Positions 9,947 to 19,669 of a stretch of 37,320 nt of DNA are shown in pieces. Under the pieces are notes generated by a model. That model had not been told where the DNA came from, ran no database searches, and saw nothing but the letters and a program-made list of their open reading frames with translations. The translations under genes were made by a program, and so were the position numbers. How positions within the stretch are numbered: the first letter of the stretch is position 1; every line of letters begins with the position of its first letter. The DNA is taken from positions 1 to 37,320 of the forward strand of contig JBHLQM010000029.1 of assembly GCA_048884785.1 (NCBI GenBank), in the 5' to 3' direction. This DNA comes from Candidatus Thorarchaeota archaeon. Lineage in GTDB: Archaea > Asgardarchaeota > Thorarchaeia > Thorarchaeales > Thorarchaeaceae.

Positions 9947-10055
9947 CGACCTGTTGTGAATCACCGTCCGTCTTCCTGACTCCTGGTTCATATCCCATCC
10001 GTCCAGTGATGTCCGTTTCTCGCGGCAATATCCCCACCGGGCGTTCAACCAGAAC

Positions 10056-12305
10056 TCACCTCTTCCGAATGGCGACGGTTAGAAGAACCGCAATCACACA
10101 TACAGCTCCGACAATCACTATGATGAGAACCGTCATACCGTCCGGGAGAGGTGAGGACGTACTTGACGTGGTGGTGCCGGTCGTTGATGTGGTAGCAGAA
10201 GTGGCAGTCGTGGTTTCCTCGTTCACAGTGATGATGACTGTATCAACCATGCCGTATCCAGATCCATCAACCACCACGAGAGTCAGGTTATATGTTCCGG
10301 CAGTCAAGCTCCCGATTGTAACAGATACGTGTTCTGATGATGAGTTCAATGAGTTCTGGTGAATGAGATCACCATTCCACAGAATCGCATACGAGTCAGG
10401 ATTCGGCAATCTCACATCCCAAGTAATCGGGGAAACGAAGGCACCTACAAGGTACTGAACATCAGCAGGATGGCTGAGAAAGCCTGATGGGTGGTTATCT
10501 ACTCCCATTCCCGATATAGGATACACGCCCACCCCTGAGTAGTCTGACCACACATTTCCTGTACCTACGCCATCATCCCATTCGTTGTAGACTCCATTGT
10601 CCATAGCATTTCCTGCCTCGTTGAACCCTATCACATTGTTGTAGATTTCAGAATAGAGAGAATAGGACCCGGCTTTCAGTCCGTAACCCGTGTTTCCGTA
10701 GATTCTATTATCGACGACTCTGACACCCGATGTGAAATCCATGTAGAGCCCGTCCGATGAGCTCCCAGAGACTGTGTTGTTCACAATCTCCAGATAGTTG
10801 ACCACATAGAGCCTCAAGGAATCACTATTGTCATGTATCTGGTTGCTCCTAATCATGCCATAGTAAGTCCAGACAAGATAGATGGGATTCCCATTGTTAT
10901 CATATATCTGGTTGGAGTCAAAAAGGAAGTTGCTGGAGTTGTAGACGTAGATACCGTTTCCATTTCCATGGAGTTGGCTCTCCGTTACTGTGACGTTGTC
11001 ACTCGAACTAATATAGAGCCCTCTAGTACTGCCTTCACTGATTACATTGGTCAATGAACAGTTGGCCGAGTCTGATATGAGTATTCCCGCGTAATGGTTG
11101 TCCGTGAGTAACACATCCCTTATGCTGCAATTGAAGCAGGACTCGGCTGTCACACCAACAGTCACAGAGTCGAATGTCCCGTTTGCTACAGAAGAATCGT
11201 CAGACTCCACCAGTACAAGCTGTCCGTAGTCATCTCCTTCAATCACCAAGCTACTTTCATTGAGGAAGTATCCAAATTGCTTCCCGTTGACAGTGTTTCC
11301 TGACTCAGTAATGGTCCAGTATCTAGTACTGTCTCCCGTGAATCGTATGCCACAATCGATTAGAGTATTGGACTCTAGCGTAGTATTCTGTGACACAAGC
11401 AGATTGATACCGTACAGGTTTCCTCTGAACTCCGTATCACTGATTGTGCAGTTCGTGCAAGACAACAGACTGACTCCGACTGACGCATTGAAGAACTCTC
11501 CTGATCTGATACTGACGTTGAAGCAGTTGATCAGGAATACCTGACCAAACTGAACTCCATCAATCTGGGTATTGTTCTCATTAAGGAAATACCCAAACGG
11601 TTTACCATTCACTGTATTCCCGGAGAAGTCATGAATCCAATACTGCAGATTCCCTTCTATGCCAAATCCCCCATTCTCAAGCGAATTGTTGACAACTCTG
11701 CAGTTTGCAGTTGATTCCACGTAGAAACCGAATCCGCCGGTGCCATTGATCACGTTGTTGACAACAGTGACATTCTGCGACTGTGAGAATGGAGTTGATA
11801 CTACCCTAATTCCATGGTTACGGCATCCGGTCACTGTGTTGTTTGCCACGATACAGTGACCAGTCCCGACTAGCATGAATCCCATGGAGCAGTCATATGA
11901 AGTGCAGTTTTCTATGACTCCATTATCCGCACTCCAAAGACAGATGCCGACTCCTGCTCCATCGGTCTGTGATGACAGCGTACAGTTCCTAATAACGAAA
12001 TGCGCATCAGTGTCGAAGATCCTTATGCATATGTCATCTGCTGCTATTTCAAGCCCTTCTATGATGTACGGTGACTGCTGAGATCCACTGCCCGGGAATC
12101 CTAGCGCCGCGAAACCCGCATTTCCTGATATCGATATTGGACTATGAGGTACGAGTGATGACAATCTGGGCGACGCCCTTGGAATCTCAGACAAACACAC
12201 GGGCAGAGATGTCAAGCTCGCACCAACAATAGAGATACTCAGTAGAAGACTCAGCAAGAACAGAGGATTGTCCTTCGTCACGATTCTCCCCTGCACAGGT
12301 TGCAT
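10056..12305 (-). CDS. Cell-surface right-handed beta-helix (NosD/CASH) repeat protein with Thr/Ser linker and C-terminal TM anchor
   Basis: Signal-like N-terminus, GSGSQQSPYIIEG, duplicated NTVNGK-x-FGYFLNE block, many I-x-x-N-x-I repeats, GNVWSDY, Thr/Ser-rich linker, TM helix plus RKR. Start uncertain (12305, or GTG 12281 after GGGGAG). Confidence 0.88.
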   Translation of the reverse strand: MQPVQGRIVTKDNPLFLLSLLLSISIVGASLTSLPVCLSEIPRASPRLSSLVPHSPISISGNAGFAALGFPGSGSQQSPYIIEGLEIAADDICIRIFDTDAHFVIRNCTLSSQTDGAGVGICLWSADNGVIENCTSYDCSMGFMLVGTGHCIVANNTVTGCRNHGIRVVSTPFSQSQNVTVVNNVINGTGGFGFYVESTANCRVVNNSLENGGFGIEGNLQYWIHDFSGNTVNGKPFGYFLNENNTQIDGVQFGQVFLINCFNVSIRSGEFFNASVGVSLLSCTNCTISDTEFRGNLYGINLLVSQNTTLESNTLIDCGIRFTGDSTRYWTITESGNTVNGKQFGYFLNESSLVIEGDDYGQLVLVESDDSSVANGTFDSVTVGVTAESCFNCSIRDVLLTDNHYAGILISDSANCSLTNVISEGSTRGLYISSSDNVTVTESQLHGNGNGIYVYNSSNFLFDSNQIYDNNGNPIYLVWTYYGMIRSNQIHDNSDSLRLYVVNYLEIVNNTVSGSSSDGLYMDFTSGVRVVDNRIYGNTGYGLKAGSYSLYSEIYNNVIGFNEAGNAMDNGVYNEWDDGVGTGNVWSDYSGVGVYPISGMGVDNHPSGFLSHPADVQYLVGAFVSPITWDVRLPNPDSYAILWNGDLIHQNSLNSSSEHVSVTIGSLTAGTYNLTLVVVDGSGYGMVDTVIITVNEETTTATSATTSTTGTTTSSTSSPLPDGMTVLIIVIVGAVCVIAVLLTVAIRKR

Positions 12306-12623
12306 ATCTTCCATATAAGTCAGAGCAACGAGTAGAATCATGAACACCTTGGCGAATCTAGAACCACGTAGTATGGATTGTGGGCGTGGCGATTGGGGTA
12401 CCGAGCGGTTTAAGAGAAACGCACGGCCGCGCGCCGCCAAGCTGTGGTGAATGATTTGGAAACAAGAGCAATCAGCAATGAGGAGCTAATGACAGCAACT
12501 TGGCTGCACCGCTATGCCTTTGGCGGAAATGAAATCCGAGATGGACTGTTTTCTCTTGAAGCACTCTCAAGCTATGTTATTGGCAAACTGGAACCTATCA
12601 GGAATAACAAGACAGAGGTCAAT

Positions 12624-12979
12624 ATGAATCCCGAGTTACTTCGGATTTTGTGGAAAGGGATGCGTTGCGGTCTGCTCCTAGTATTGTTGAATTCAGCTGT
12701 TCCTGTCAGTTTTTCCGATTTGATAGATGAAGTTGATTTCAGCAGAAGTGCCTTGCGCAAACACCTAGCAGAACTTGAAAGTTTCAGAGTTATCGAACGG
12801 ATACGAAGACCCATGGTATGACTGTTCTTTTGGACCCGGCCTTTCGAAAGAAGTTCTTGGCGGTCTACAAGAGGGAAGCCCGCGAAAGGGAGCTGAATCA
12901 GGTTTTGATAGAGAGGCTTTGCAGAGTAGCGATTGACCTTGAATTGTTGAGAATCCTAAATTCTTGCAGTACAAAATGA
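12624..12979 (+). pseudogene. Winged-helix (ArsR-like) DNA-binding protein, probably frameshifted or split
   Basis: ATG 12624 after GAGGT gives ...VSFSDLIDEVDFSRSALRKHLAELESFRVIERIRRP, which stops at 12821 mid-wing. An overlapping ORF 12818-12979 (MTVLLDPAFRKK...) would complete it. Confidence 0.5.
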
Positions 12980-13148
12980 GATGCATTCGAAAGCACTCTA
13001 GGCAGATGCATCAGAATAATGAATGGTTGATTTAACCTTGCTTTTGACATTCTTCTCTATGAGTAATGAGCATTTTTAAGAAAGGTCATTGGAACTCTAG
13101 AGAACCGTGTGATTGCATCTGGCATGTTACTGATGGAACCAGCACTCC

Positions 13149-13365
13149 GCAAATGGAGAGAGGTTGGGCTCTATACGCTGGCGATCAATGAATCAACCGT
13201 CGTCAGCCCCAGTGAGCCCTATGAACACGAGAGTGACTCTCCCTAGAGGTGACTGGGGATGAACACACTGAAACTGTGTTCATTGAAGTCAATCAGGCTT
13301 TTGTAGGGAACGAAGTCCGAACTTCTAGTCCCACGCCTGATGCCCTCTCACACCTAATCTCCGCG
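13149..13365. ncRNA. Candidate structured RNA/DNA element (multi-hairpin), family unknown
   Basis: Several abutting inverted repeats plus a possible closing helix; see findings. Confidence 0.4.
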
Positions 13366-13410
13366 TTTCTCAGCTTTTATTCTCCTACAGAGAGATTTGA
13401 AGAGAAAGAG

Positions 13411-13555
13411 TGGTGCCGAGGACGAGATTCGAATTCGCGCTTCCAGTCTTTGAATTACCGGAGGTCTCGCGAACCCCTACAGGAGTGGATATCCCATTAG
13501 GGCGTCGTGCCATAGATCTTGAGTCCACCGTCTTTGGCCACTTGACTACCTCGGC
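13411..13555 (-). tRNA. tRNA-Leu(CAA) with two introns (13491-13517 at 37/38; 13434-13465 at 53/54), CCA encoded
   Basis: Spliced sequence GCCGAGGTAGTCAAGTGGCCAAAGACGGTGGACTCAAGATCCACTCCTGTAGGGGTTCGCGAGTTCGAATCTCGTCCTCGGCACCA folds into a cloverleaf with a long variable arm. Both junctions form BHB-type motifs. Confidence 0.93.
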
Positions 13556-13702
13556 TTGCCTCCACAGAAATCGTATCAGTATATAGTCATTTTGGAGTCA
13601 GCTTTCGAATGACAATCATTTTGAATACACTTTCAGAATCTGAGTAATCTTAAGAAGCCGGAAGATTCCTATCCTATGCTATCGCAGACACCGGTGATTG
13701 CT

Positions 13703-14488
13703 GTGAACGAATTCACGATTGATGGTATAGTTCTAAGATATCGTATCATTGGAAAGGGGTCGCATGTGCTGATGATTCATGGACTTGGTAGTGACATGAG
13801 GGCCTGGGAATTCCAAGAAAAGCCTCTCTCAAAGCACTTCAAGTTAATCCTAGTTGATCAGAGAGGACATGGCAGGTCAACTGGTCCTGGTATGAATATG
13901 ATACCAGCTGAGACCTTTGCAAATGACATGAATGCATTTCTAGACCATCTGGGTCTTGAGAAGGTACATGTGCTTGGAGAATCAATGGGGGGCATCATTG
14001 CACAACAATTTGCTCTTGACTATCCTCACAAAGTCAGCAAATTAGTACTGATGGACACCGGCTTCAAGGTGACAGAAGAAACAGTTGATGAGGTATATGG
14101 CTGGAGAGAGGCTCAAGTAGAGGGCGGTGATGTCGCATATTTTTGGGCATCAACAAGAAGCTGCTTTCCTTCTGATTTCATTGAAAGCAACAAGGAGCTC
14201 TTTGACTATCTATTGAACAGAGAGAATCTGGTCAATGAGGAAGGAATCTTAGCTGCCGGACTCGGTCTTGTGTCCTTCAATGCGGAAGATAAGTTGCACC
14301 AACTCTCAATGCCGACGTTATTGGTGCATGGTGACCAAGATAAAATCTTCAATGTAGGCTTGGCAAAGAAGGCTGTTTCTCTCATCCCGCACTCAAGACT
14401 TGTAGTCTATCCGGGATGTGGGCATGTTCCAAGAATACAGATGAAGGACGAACTGAATGCTCTACTGATAGATTTTCTGAGCAATTAA
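13703..14488 (+). CDS. Alpha/beta hydrolase (enol-lactonase/MhpC-like)
   Basis: MIHGLG, DQRGHGRS, GESMGG, HGDQD, GHVP. GTG 13703 after GGTGA (alternative ATG 13676). Confidence 0.92.
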   Translation: MNEFTIDGIVLRYRIIGKGSHVLMIHGLGSDMRAWEFQEKPLSKHFKLILVDQRGHGRSTGPGMNMIPAETFANDMNAFLDHLGLEKVHVLGESMGGIIAQQFALDYPHKVSKLVLMDTGFKVTEETVDEVYGWREAQVEGGDVAYFWASTRSCFPSDFIESNKELFDYLLNRENLVNEEGILAAGLGLVSFNAEDKLHQLSMPTLLVHGDQDKIFNVGLAKKAVSLIPHSRLVVYPGCGHVPRIQMKDELNALLIDFLSN

Positions 14489-14499
14489 CTATCAGTAGC

Positions 14500-14784
14500 C
14501 TATTTCAGGAATGGTCTAATCTTGGTATAGAAATCTGCCAGGATCTTTGATTTATCATCCTCTATTTCAAGAATAAAGAGGCGAATCTGTTGACCGGCTT
14601 TGATTTCTTTAATCAGGCCCATATCTACTAGAGGCTGCATCACTCGGTGTATCGTGGAATGGGCCAATCCTGTTTCGTTGGCAATTCTACTCAGATTCAG
14701 ATATTCCTTAGGTCGATCAAGAAAATGTTGAACAACCCTTGTTTGTGCACGCGATGCAAAGATTTTCTCTAGCAATTTTTCCAT
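14500..14784 (-). CDS. Winged helix-turn-helix protein
   Basis: LSRIANETGLAHSTIHRVMQPLVDMGLIKE HTH pattern; 15 nt downstream of pyrH. Confidence 0.85.
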   Translation of the reverse strand: MEKLLEKIFASRAQTRVVQHFLDRPKEYLNLSRIANETGLAHSTIHRVMQPLVDMGLIKEIKAGQQIRLFILEIEDDKSKILADFYTKIRPFLK

Positions 14785-14799
14785 TTTAGTTGCCTCCCT

Positions 14800-15486
14800 C
14801 TATTCATGATTGATTACTGTGCCTAACTTGTCACCCTTCATAAGTCTGTAAAGGTTCTGTGAGTCCTTTCCGTTGAAGATTATTGTCTTTATCCTTGAAC
14901 GCTCTACGACGCGTAGTGCAACCGGGTCAAAGAGTTTGTATTCTCCGGCCCGTGTTCCGCCCCCTGAAAGAATCTTCTTCAGGTCTATTATCCCTACGGA
15001 GTCAAGTTTGGTGGCACCCGCTTCCTTAGGGTCTCTATCATACACACCTTCAACATTTGTTGCATTCAACAAGAGATCTGCTCTGACCGATTCGGCTGCC
15101 AAGGCCGCAACGGCATTCGTTGATTGACCTGGAGTAAGTCCTCCCATCAAGACAACTCTACCAGTGCATACTGCAATCTCAAGTTCATCCAATGATTCGG
15201 CAATCTTTGGATAAGCAAGTTCTCCCAGAGCCGCACAGAGTAACTCGGCATTATGGCGTGCAATCTTAATGCCAAGCCAATCACATTGCGCTTCACTGGC
15301 TCCTAGCGTCCTTGCAGCGGATATGAATCTTCGAGCGGGTATTCCTCCTCCTACTACTACGACAAACTGGTTGTCTTCACGCACAAGTGACGATATCACA
15401 TTAGCATACTCTTTGATTCTATCTGTGATAACTTCCCCTGCATCATTGTATAGGAGTGACCCTCCGAGCTTTAGTACCGCTCGCAT
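14800..15486 (-). CDS. pyrH: UMP kinase (archaeal type)
   Basis: VLKLGGS, VVVGGG, MGGLTPGQSTNAVAA, TNVEGVYDRDP, GEYKLFDP. Confidence 0.95.
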   Translation of the reverse strand: MRAVLKLGGSLLYNDAGEVITDRIKEYANVISSLVREDNQFVVVVGGGIPARRFISAARTLGASEAQCDWLGIKIARHNAELLCAALGELAYPKIAESLDELEIAVCTGRVVLMGGLTPGQSTNAVAALAAESVRADLLLNATNVEGVYDRDPKEAGATKLDSVGIIDLKKILSGGGTRAGEYKLFDPVALRVVERSRIKTIIFNGKDSQNLYRLMKGDKLGTVINHE

Positions 15487-15696
15487 GACGCGTACAACAC
15501 CTAGTGTGTTTCTGCATAAACAACTCGGGGGTGATTAAAGAAGTTTTCTTGAATAGACCAACTGTTCGATATTTCGAAATGATTTTGCTACCTGCCATGA
15601 TCAATCTAAAGAAGTATTCGTCTTTGTCTTGTTTCTCCTAAACCACTTTATATGCACACGAATCAAAAAGTATCTAGAATGATGGGGTCAATAGCA

Positions 15697-16545
15697 ATGA
15701 TGTCGAAGCGGATGCTCATTGGTATGTTATTTGCAGGGCTACTCATCTTTAATGTAGCGCCGCGTTTTGCAAGCGCAGACATCACTGGGAATGTATATGC
15801 CTTTGGTGCCACTTGGCTCGACCAATCATATCAGATTGACAACACAATTATTCAACAGGAAACTCATCAGGGTAATCTGCAAATAACCGTAAATAACATC
15901 ACTCCGGGAGATGACTACGAATATACTTACATCGGTTTTAATCATCGTTCCAATGGTGCTCCTCCCTACTATCATGAGCAAAACGGCACAGTTGATTTTC
16001 AAGCAAATCAAGTCTATTTTGCGCTGGATACTGAAGACGATGATGAAGATGGGCTCGCAGAGTCTGTGGATTTAACCATGTATCCATCATTTAACTACCA
16101 CCTGCCAGGGCATTTCTTCTTTGTTAATCCTACTTGGAGTACTCATTCAACTGACTGGAACCCATCAGTTGACGATGCCGAGAGTGCTCCAGGAGTTCAG
16201 CAACTGACTGAGTCATCAGGAGATGGCTCGTTTCAATTACGAATCGTGATTGATTATGAGTATAGTCATCCAAACTATGGTGACCTGAATGGGACTCACA
16301 CAATTACCTTCAGTGCATCATACGACTCCGATGGAGTTCTATCAACTTGGAGTCTTGAGGAAACCACCTCTGCTCAGAATGAAAACCATACAGTCGCTCA
16401 AGCAAATAGAGAGGCATATTCACGAGGTACTGTTGTTGGAGCTGTTTCAGATATGATATCCATTGCTGATATAGGTCTAGTAACTGTTGTTGGAGTTGTA
16501 GGCATTATTGTTGGAGTTCTAATCGGGAAGAAATACTGGGGCTGA
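15697..16545 (+). CDS. Hypothetical secreted, C-terminally membrane-anchored acidic protein
   Basis: Signal peptide (...FASA), beta-rich acidic body, C-terminal TM helix followed by KK. Start uncertain (15652-15700). Confidence 0.75.
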   Translation: MMSKRMLIGMLFAGLLIFNVAPRFASADITGNVYAFGATWLDQSYQIDNTIIQQETHQGNLQITVNNITPGDDYEYTYIGFNHRSNGAPPYYHEQNGTVDFQANQVYFALDTEDDDEDGLAESVDLTMYPSFNYHLPGHFFFVNPTWSTHSTDWNPSVDDAESAPGVQQLTESSGDGSFQLRIVIDYEYSHPNYGDLNGTHTITFSASYDSDGVLSTWSLEETTSAQNENHTVAQANREAYSRGTVVGAVSDMISIADIGLVTVVGVVGIIVGVLIGKKYWG

Positions 16546-16697
16546 GTCCAATTAGCTGGTTGATTTGAAATTCCAGTAGTCATTTTCTCCTTAAGTTGGT
16601 TAGCTCTGTTTGGCCATAAGCCTTTTAGGAGAACTAACATGTTCGAGCAAAGAGCAGACACTTGTCAGCACCTTGTTGACATCAAGGAGAGAGTATT

Positions 16698-19166
16698 TTG
16701 TCAGAAAAATTCGAACCTGCAATCAAGTCCAAGAGATGGAAACCAACTGCTGAGGAAGAGCTCCTTGAGCAATGGAAAGAGAACTGGATCTATGAGTTCA
16801 ACCATGAATCAGGAAAAGAGCTCTATTCAGTAGATACTCCGCCTCCCTATCTCTCCGGCTATGCACATCTGGGACAGCTCATTCATTACACCCAGATTGA
16901 TATGATCGCCAGATTCAGGCGCATGCAAGGACTTGAGGTCAATTTTCCCCTAGGTATAGATCGAAATGGACTACCGGTGGAACTCCGTGTCGAGAAAGAA
17001 TTCGGTATGGACATGCACACAACTCCAAGAGACATTTTCGTGAACAAATGCAAGGAGCAATTGGACAAGTATGAAACAGAGATGGCCAAGTGGTTCCAGC
17101 GCCTTGGAATTGGCTTCAACACGTATGAGAGAGAAGGCAGTTATCAAACAGACAGTCCTGATTATAGAGCAGTGACTCAAGCAACATTCATAGATCTCTG
17201 GAATCAAGGATTGATCTATAGTGACTATCGTCCTAACAATTGGTGCTTTGAATGCGGGACAACTATCGCTGATGCTGAGGTCGAATACACGGAACGGCCA
17301 ACTACTCTCCACTACTTATACTTCGAAGTGGAGGGAATGGACCCAATCAAGATTGCCACAACACGTCCAGAGCTCCTGTGTGCTTGTGGAGCAGTCTTCA
17401 TTCACCCCGACGACGAAAGATACAAGGGCTATGCTGGCAAAACTGCAAAAGTCCCCATATTTGGTCTAAAAGTACCCATGATAGAGAGCCCTACAGCTCA
17501 ACTTGAATTTGGCACAGGTGCGCTGATGGTATGCAGTTATGGTGACATGGCTGATGTAATGGCGTTTCGTGACCATGCTCTGCAGCCAATTCAAGCCATC
17601 TCTCCTGATGGTACTATGACTGAGGCCGCCGGCAAGTACTCTGGTATGAAGGCAAGCGATGCCAAGAAAGCAATTGCAAAGGACCTAAAGGAACAGGGGT
17701 CTCTCTACAAACAGGAAGAAACTATTCAGAGGGTGCCTCTCTGTTGGCGAAGCAGGACACCTATTGAGTTTCTGGCAATGGATGAGTATTATCTCAAACA
17801 GACAGGTTTTCTTGATGAACTCATGAAGATTGCTAAAGAAACCACATTCTTCCCTGATTACAACCGACAAATTCTCATTGATTGGATAAACCGAGTTACC
17901 GTGGATTGGCCAATCAGTAGACGCAGATATTATGGTACTGAACTACCTATATGGTACTGCAACTCATGCAATAAGGCATTGGTACCAGAGATAAACGGAC
18001 TGCGCTATTATCAACCGTGGAGGGAAGATCCACCTTTCAATAAATGTCCAGAATGTGGTTCTACAGAAGGATTCAAGGGAGAAGACCGCACATTTGATAC
18101 TTGGATGGATTCGTCAATTAGTGGGCTCTATATAATTGAATATCTGCGTGATGAGAAGGTATTCAAGAAGGCATTTGGTTCAGTCATGAGACCTCAGGGC
18201 AAAGAGATTGTGCGCACGTGGCTCTATTATTCACTTCTTAGAACTCTTCAGTTAACCAAGAAACCTGCTTTCAAGGAAATTTGGGTTTCCGGCCTAGTGA
18301 TGGATGAGTCCGGTCAGAAAATGAGCAAGTCACTGGGTAACTCTCCTGATGTGGGTCCGATAATCAACAAGTATGGTGCGGATTCGCTTCGCTTCTTTGG
18401 CGAGCTTGAGGCCGGGCTTGGGAGCGATATCAGATTCTCTGAGGATCGTTTGGCCGGTGTTTCCAAGTTTATGACAAAACTCTGGAATGTTGCACGTTTC
18501 ATCTCCATGTTTCCATATCCTAAAGATGTGAAGTTTAAGCAACTTACAGAAGTAGATAGGTGGATACTAGCTGAAACAAGCAAACTCATCGAATCAGTAT
18601 ATCCTGAATGTGATAAACTCGACTTTCACAAGCCTGCAATAGAGATTCGTAGCTTCACTTGGAATTTCTTTGCAGACCATATTATTGAGATGCTAAAAGG
18701 GAGATGTTTCAATTCAGAAGGCACATTTACTGAGGCGGAGCAGAAATCCGGGATGTTCACTTTGCATACGGTATTGAATACAATACTCCGAGCATTAGCA
18801 CCCATTATTCCCTTTGTGACCGACAGCATCTACAGGCAACTGTACAATCCCTATGGCATCCACAAAGAAACGTACCCAACACCAAATAGTGAATGGAAAT
18901 CGAGCCTATCAGAGTATACAGAAAACCTTCTGAGAACTAATGGGGCATTCTGGAAATACAAGAGAGAGAGTGATCTATCTCTTCGTGCAGGATTGTTAGA
19001 GGCATACATAGCTCCTGAGCTTAAGCCCTGGGCAAAGGACCTTCAGGCAATGCATGGGATCGAAACTATTCGCTTTGGGACACCGAAAGAAAAGGGGCTC
19101 ATTGAAGTCACACTTCCAGACTCCGAAGAAGTGATTTTCATTCGTGCCTCCGAAGAATCAAAGTAG
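16698..19166 (+). CDS. valS: Valine--tRNA ligase (archaeal type)
   Basis: DTPPPY, HIGH-like HLGQ, ATTRPE, DWPISRRRYYGT, DTWMDSS, KMSKS. TTG start. Confidence 0.95.
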   Translation: MSEKFEPAIKSKRWKPTAEEELLEQWKENWIYEFNHESGKELYSVDTPPPYLSGYAHLGQLIHYTQIDMIARFRRMQGLEVNFPLGIDRNGLPVELRVEKEFGMDMHTTPRDIFVNKCKEQLDKYETEMAKWFQRLGIGFNTYEREGSYQTDSPDYRAVTQATFIDLWNQGLIYSDYRPNNWCFECGTTIADAEVEYTERPTTLHYLYFEVEGMDPIKIATTRPELLCACGAVFIHPDDERYKGYAGKTAKVPIFGLKVPMIESPTAQLEFGTGALMVCSYGDMADVMAFRDHALQPIQAISPDGTMTEAAGKYSGMKASDAKKAIAKDLKEQGSLYKQEETIQRVPLCWRSRTPIEFLAMDEYYLKQTGFLDELMKIAKETTFFPDYNRQILIDWINRVTVDWPISRRRYYGTELPIWYCNSCNKALVPEINGLRYYQPWREDPPFNKCPECGSTEGFKGEDRTFDTWMDSSISGLYIIEYLRDEKVFKKAFGSVMRPQGKEIVRTWLYYSLLRTLQLTKKPAFKEIWVSGLVMDESGQKMSKSLGNSPDVGPIINKYGADSLRFFGELEAGLGSDIRFSEDRLAGVSKFMTKLWNVARFISMFPYPKDVKFKQLTEVDRWILAETSKLIESVYPECDKLDFHKPAIEIRSFTWNFFADHIIEMLKGRCFNSEGTFTEAEQKSGMFTLHTVLNTILRALAPIIPFVTDSIYRQLYNPYGIHKETYPTPNSEWKSSLSEYTENLLRTNGAFWKYKRESDLSLRAGLLEAYIAPELKPWAKDLQAMHGIETIRFGTPKEKGLIEVTLPDSEEVIFIRASEESK

Positions 19167-19169
19167 TAT

Positions 19170-19607
19170 CTATTTGATTACTATGACTTCGTTCTCGTGT
19201 TCCGTCGAACACTTCATACTGTTCGATACAAGACAATACTTGCCAGCGAGCTCAAGGGCTCTCTCTGCCTTTGACTTAGAATCAATAGATCCTACCGCGA
19301 CTGTGGCTCTGATATGCATCTTTGTAAATTGAAACCCCTTATCCACCCTCTCAAGCGTTCCTTTCGCCAAGCAGGAGAATGATTTGTACTCAAATCTTAG
19401 TTTCTCAGAGAATGTTACAAAGGTAGTCATGAAACATGAAGCAGCCGCGGCTACAAACAGATCTTCAGGAGAGATGAAACCTTCAGGCCCGTTGAACTCG
19501 GGCGGTGCTGCGATTTCAACAATAGGTTTTCCCTCAACAAGCATATTGCCAATCCTATCATGAGTCCAGTCAACTCGAACAACATATTCATGGGATTCTT
19601 CACTCAT
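19170..19607 (-). CDS. OsmC/Ohr-like family protein (copy 1)
   Basis: APPEFNG, SPEDLFVAAAASCF, KYCLVSNS; both Cys present. Alternative GTG start at 19616. Confidence 0.9.
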   Translation of the reverse strand: MSEESHEYVVRVDWTHDRIGNMLVEGKPIVEIAAPPEFNGPEGFISPEDLFVAAAASCFMTTFVTFSEKLRFEYKSFSCLAKGTLERVDKGFQFTKMHIRATVAVGSIDSKSKAERALELAGKYCLVSNSMKCSTEHENEVIVIK

Positions 19608-19669
19608 AGTACTCACTGGGACTCTTCTTCCTTACAATCAGGAAAAGGGTTTGGGTAGGCTCGGGTGCC

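Noticed and set aside
10172-10179. TGGTGCCG matching the tRNA-Leu 3' end as a second att site
   Set aside because: Only 8 bp and inside a coding Thr-rich linker; chance match.
12306-12440. N-terminal extension of the 794-aa beta-helix ORF
   Set aside because: It precedes the signal-like segment and contains a TATA-like CTTATAT on the minus strand, so it is probably non-coding.
13180-13215. CTGACGA on the minus strand as a hammerhead ribozyme core
   Set aside because: No GAAA follows the putative stem II.
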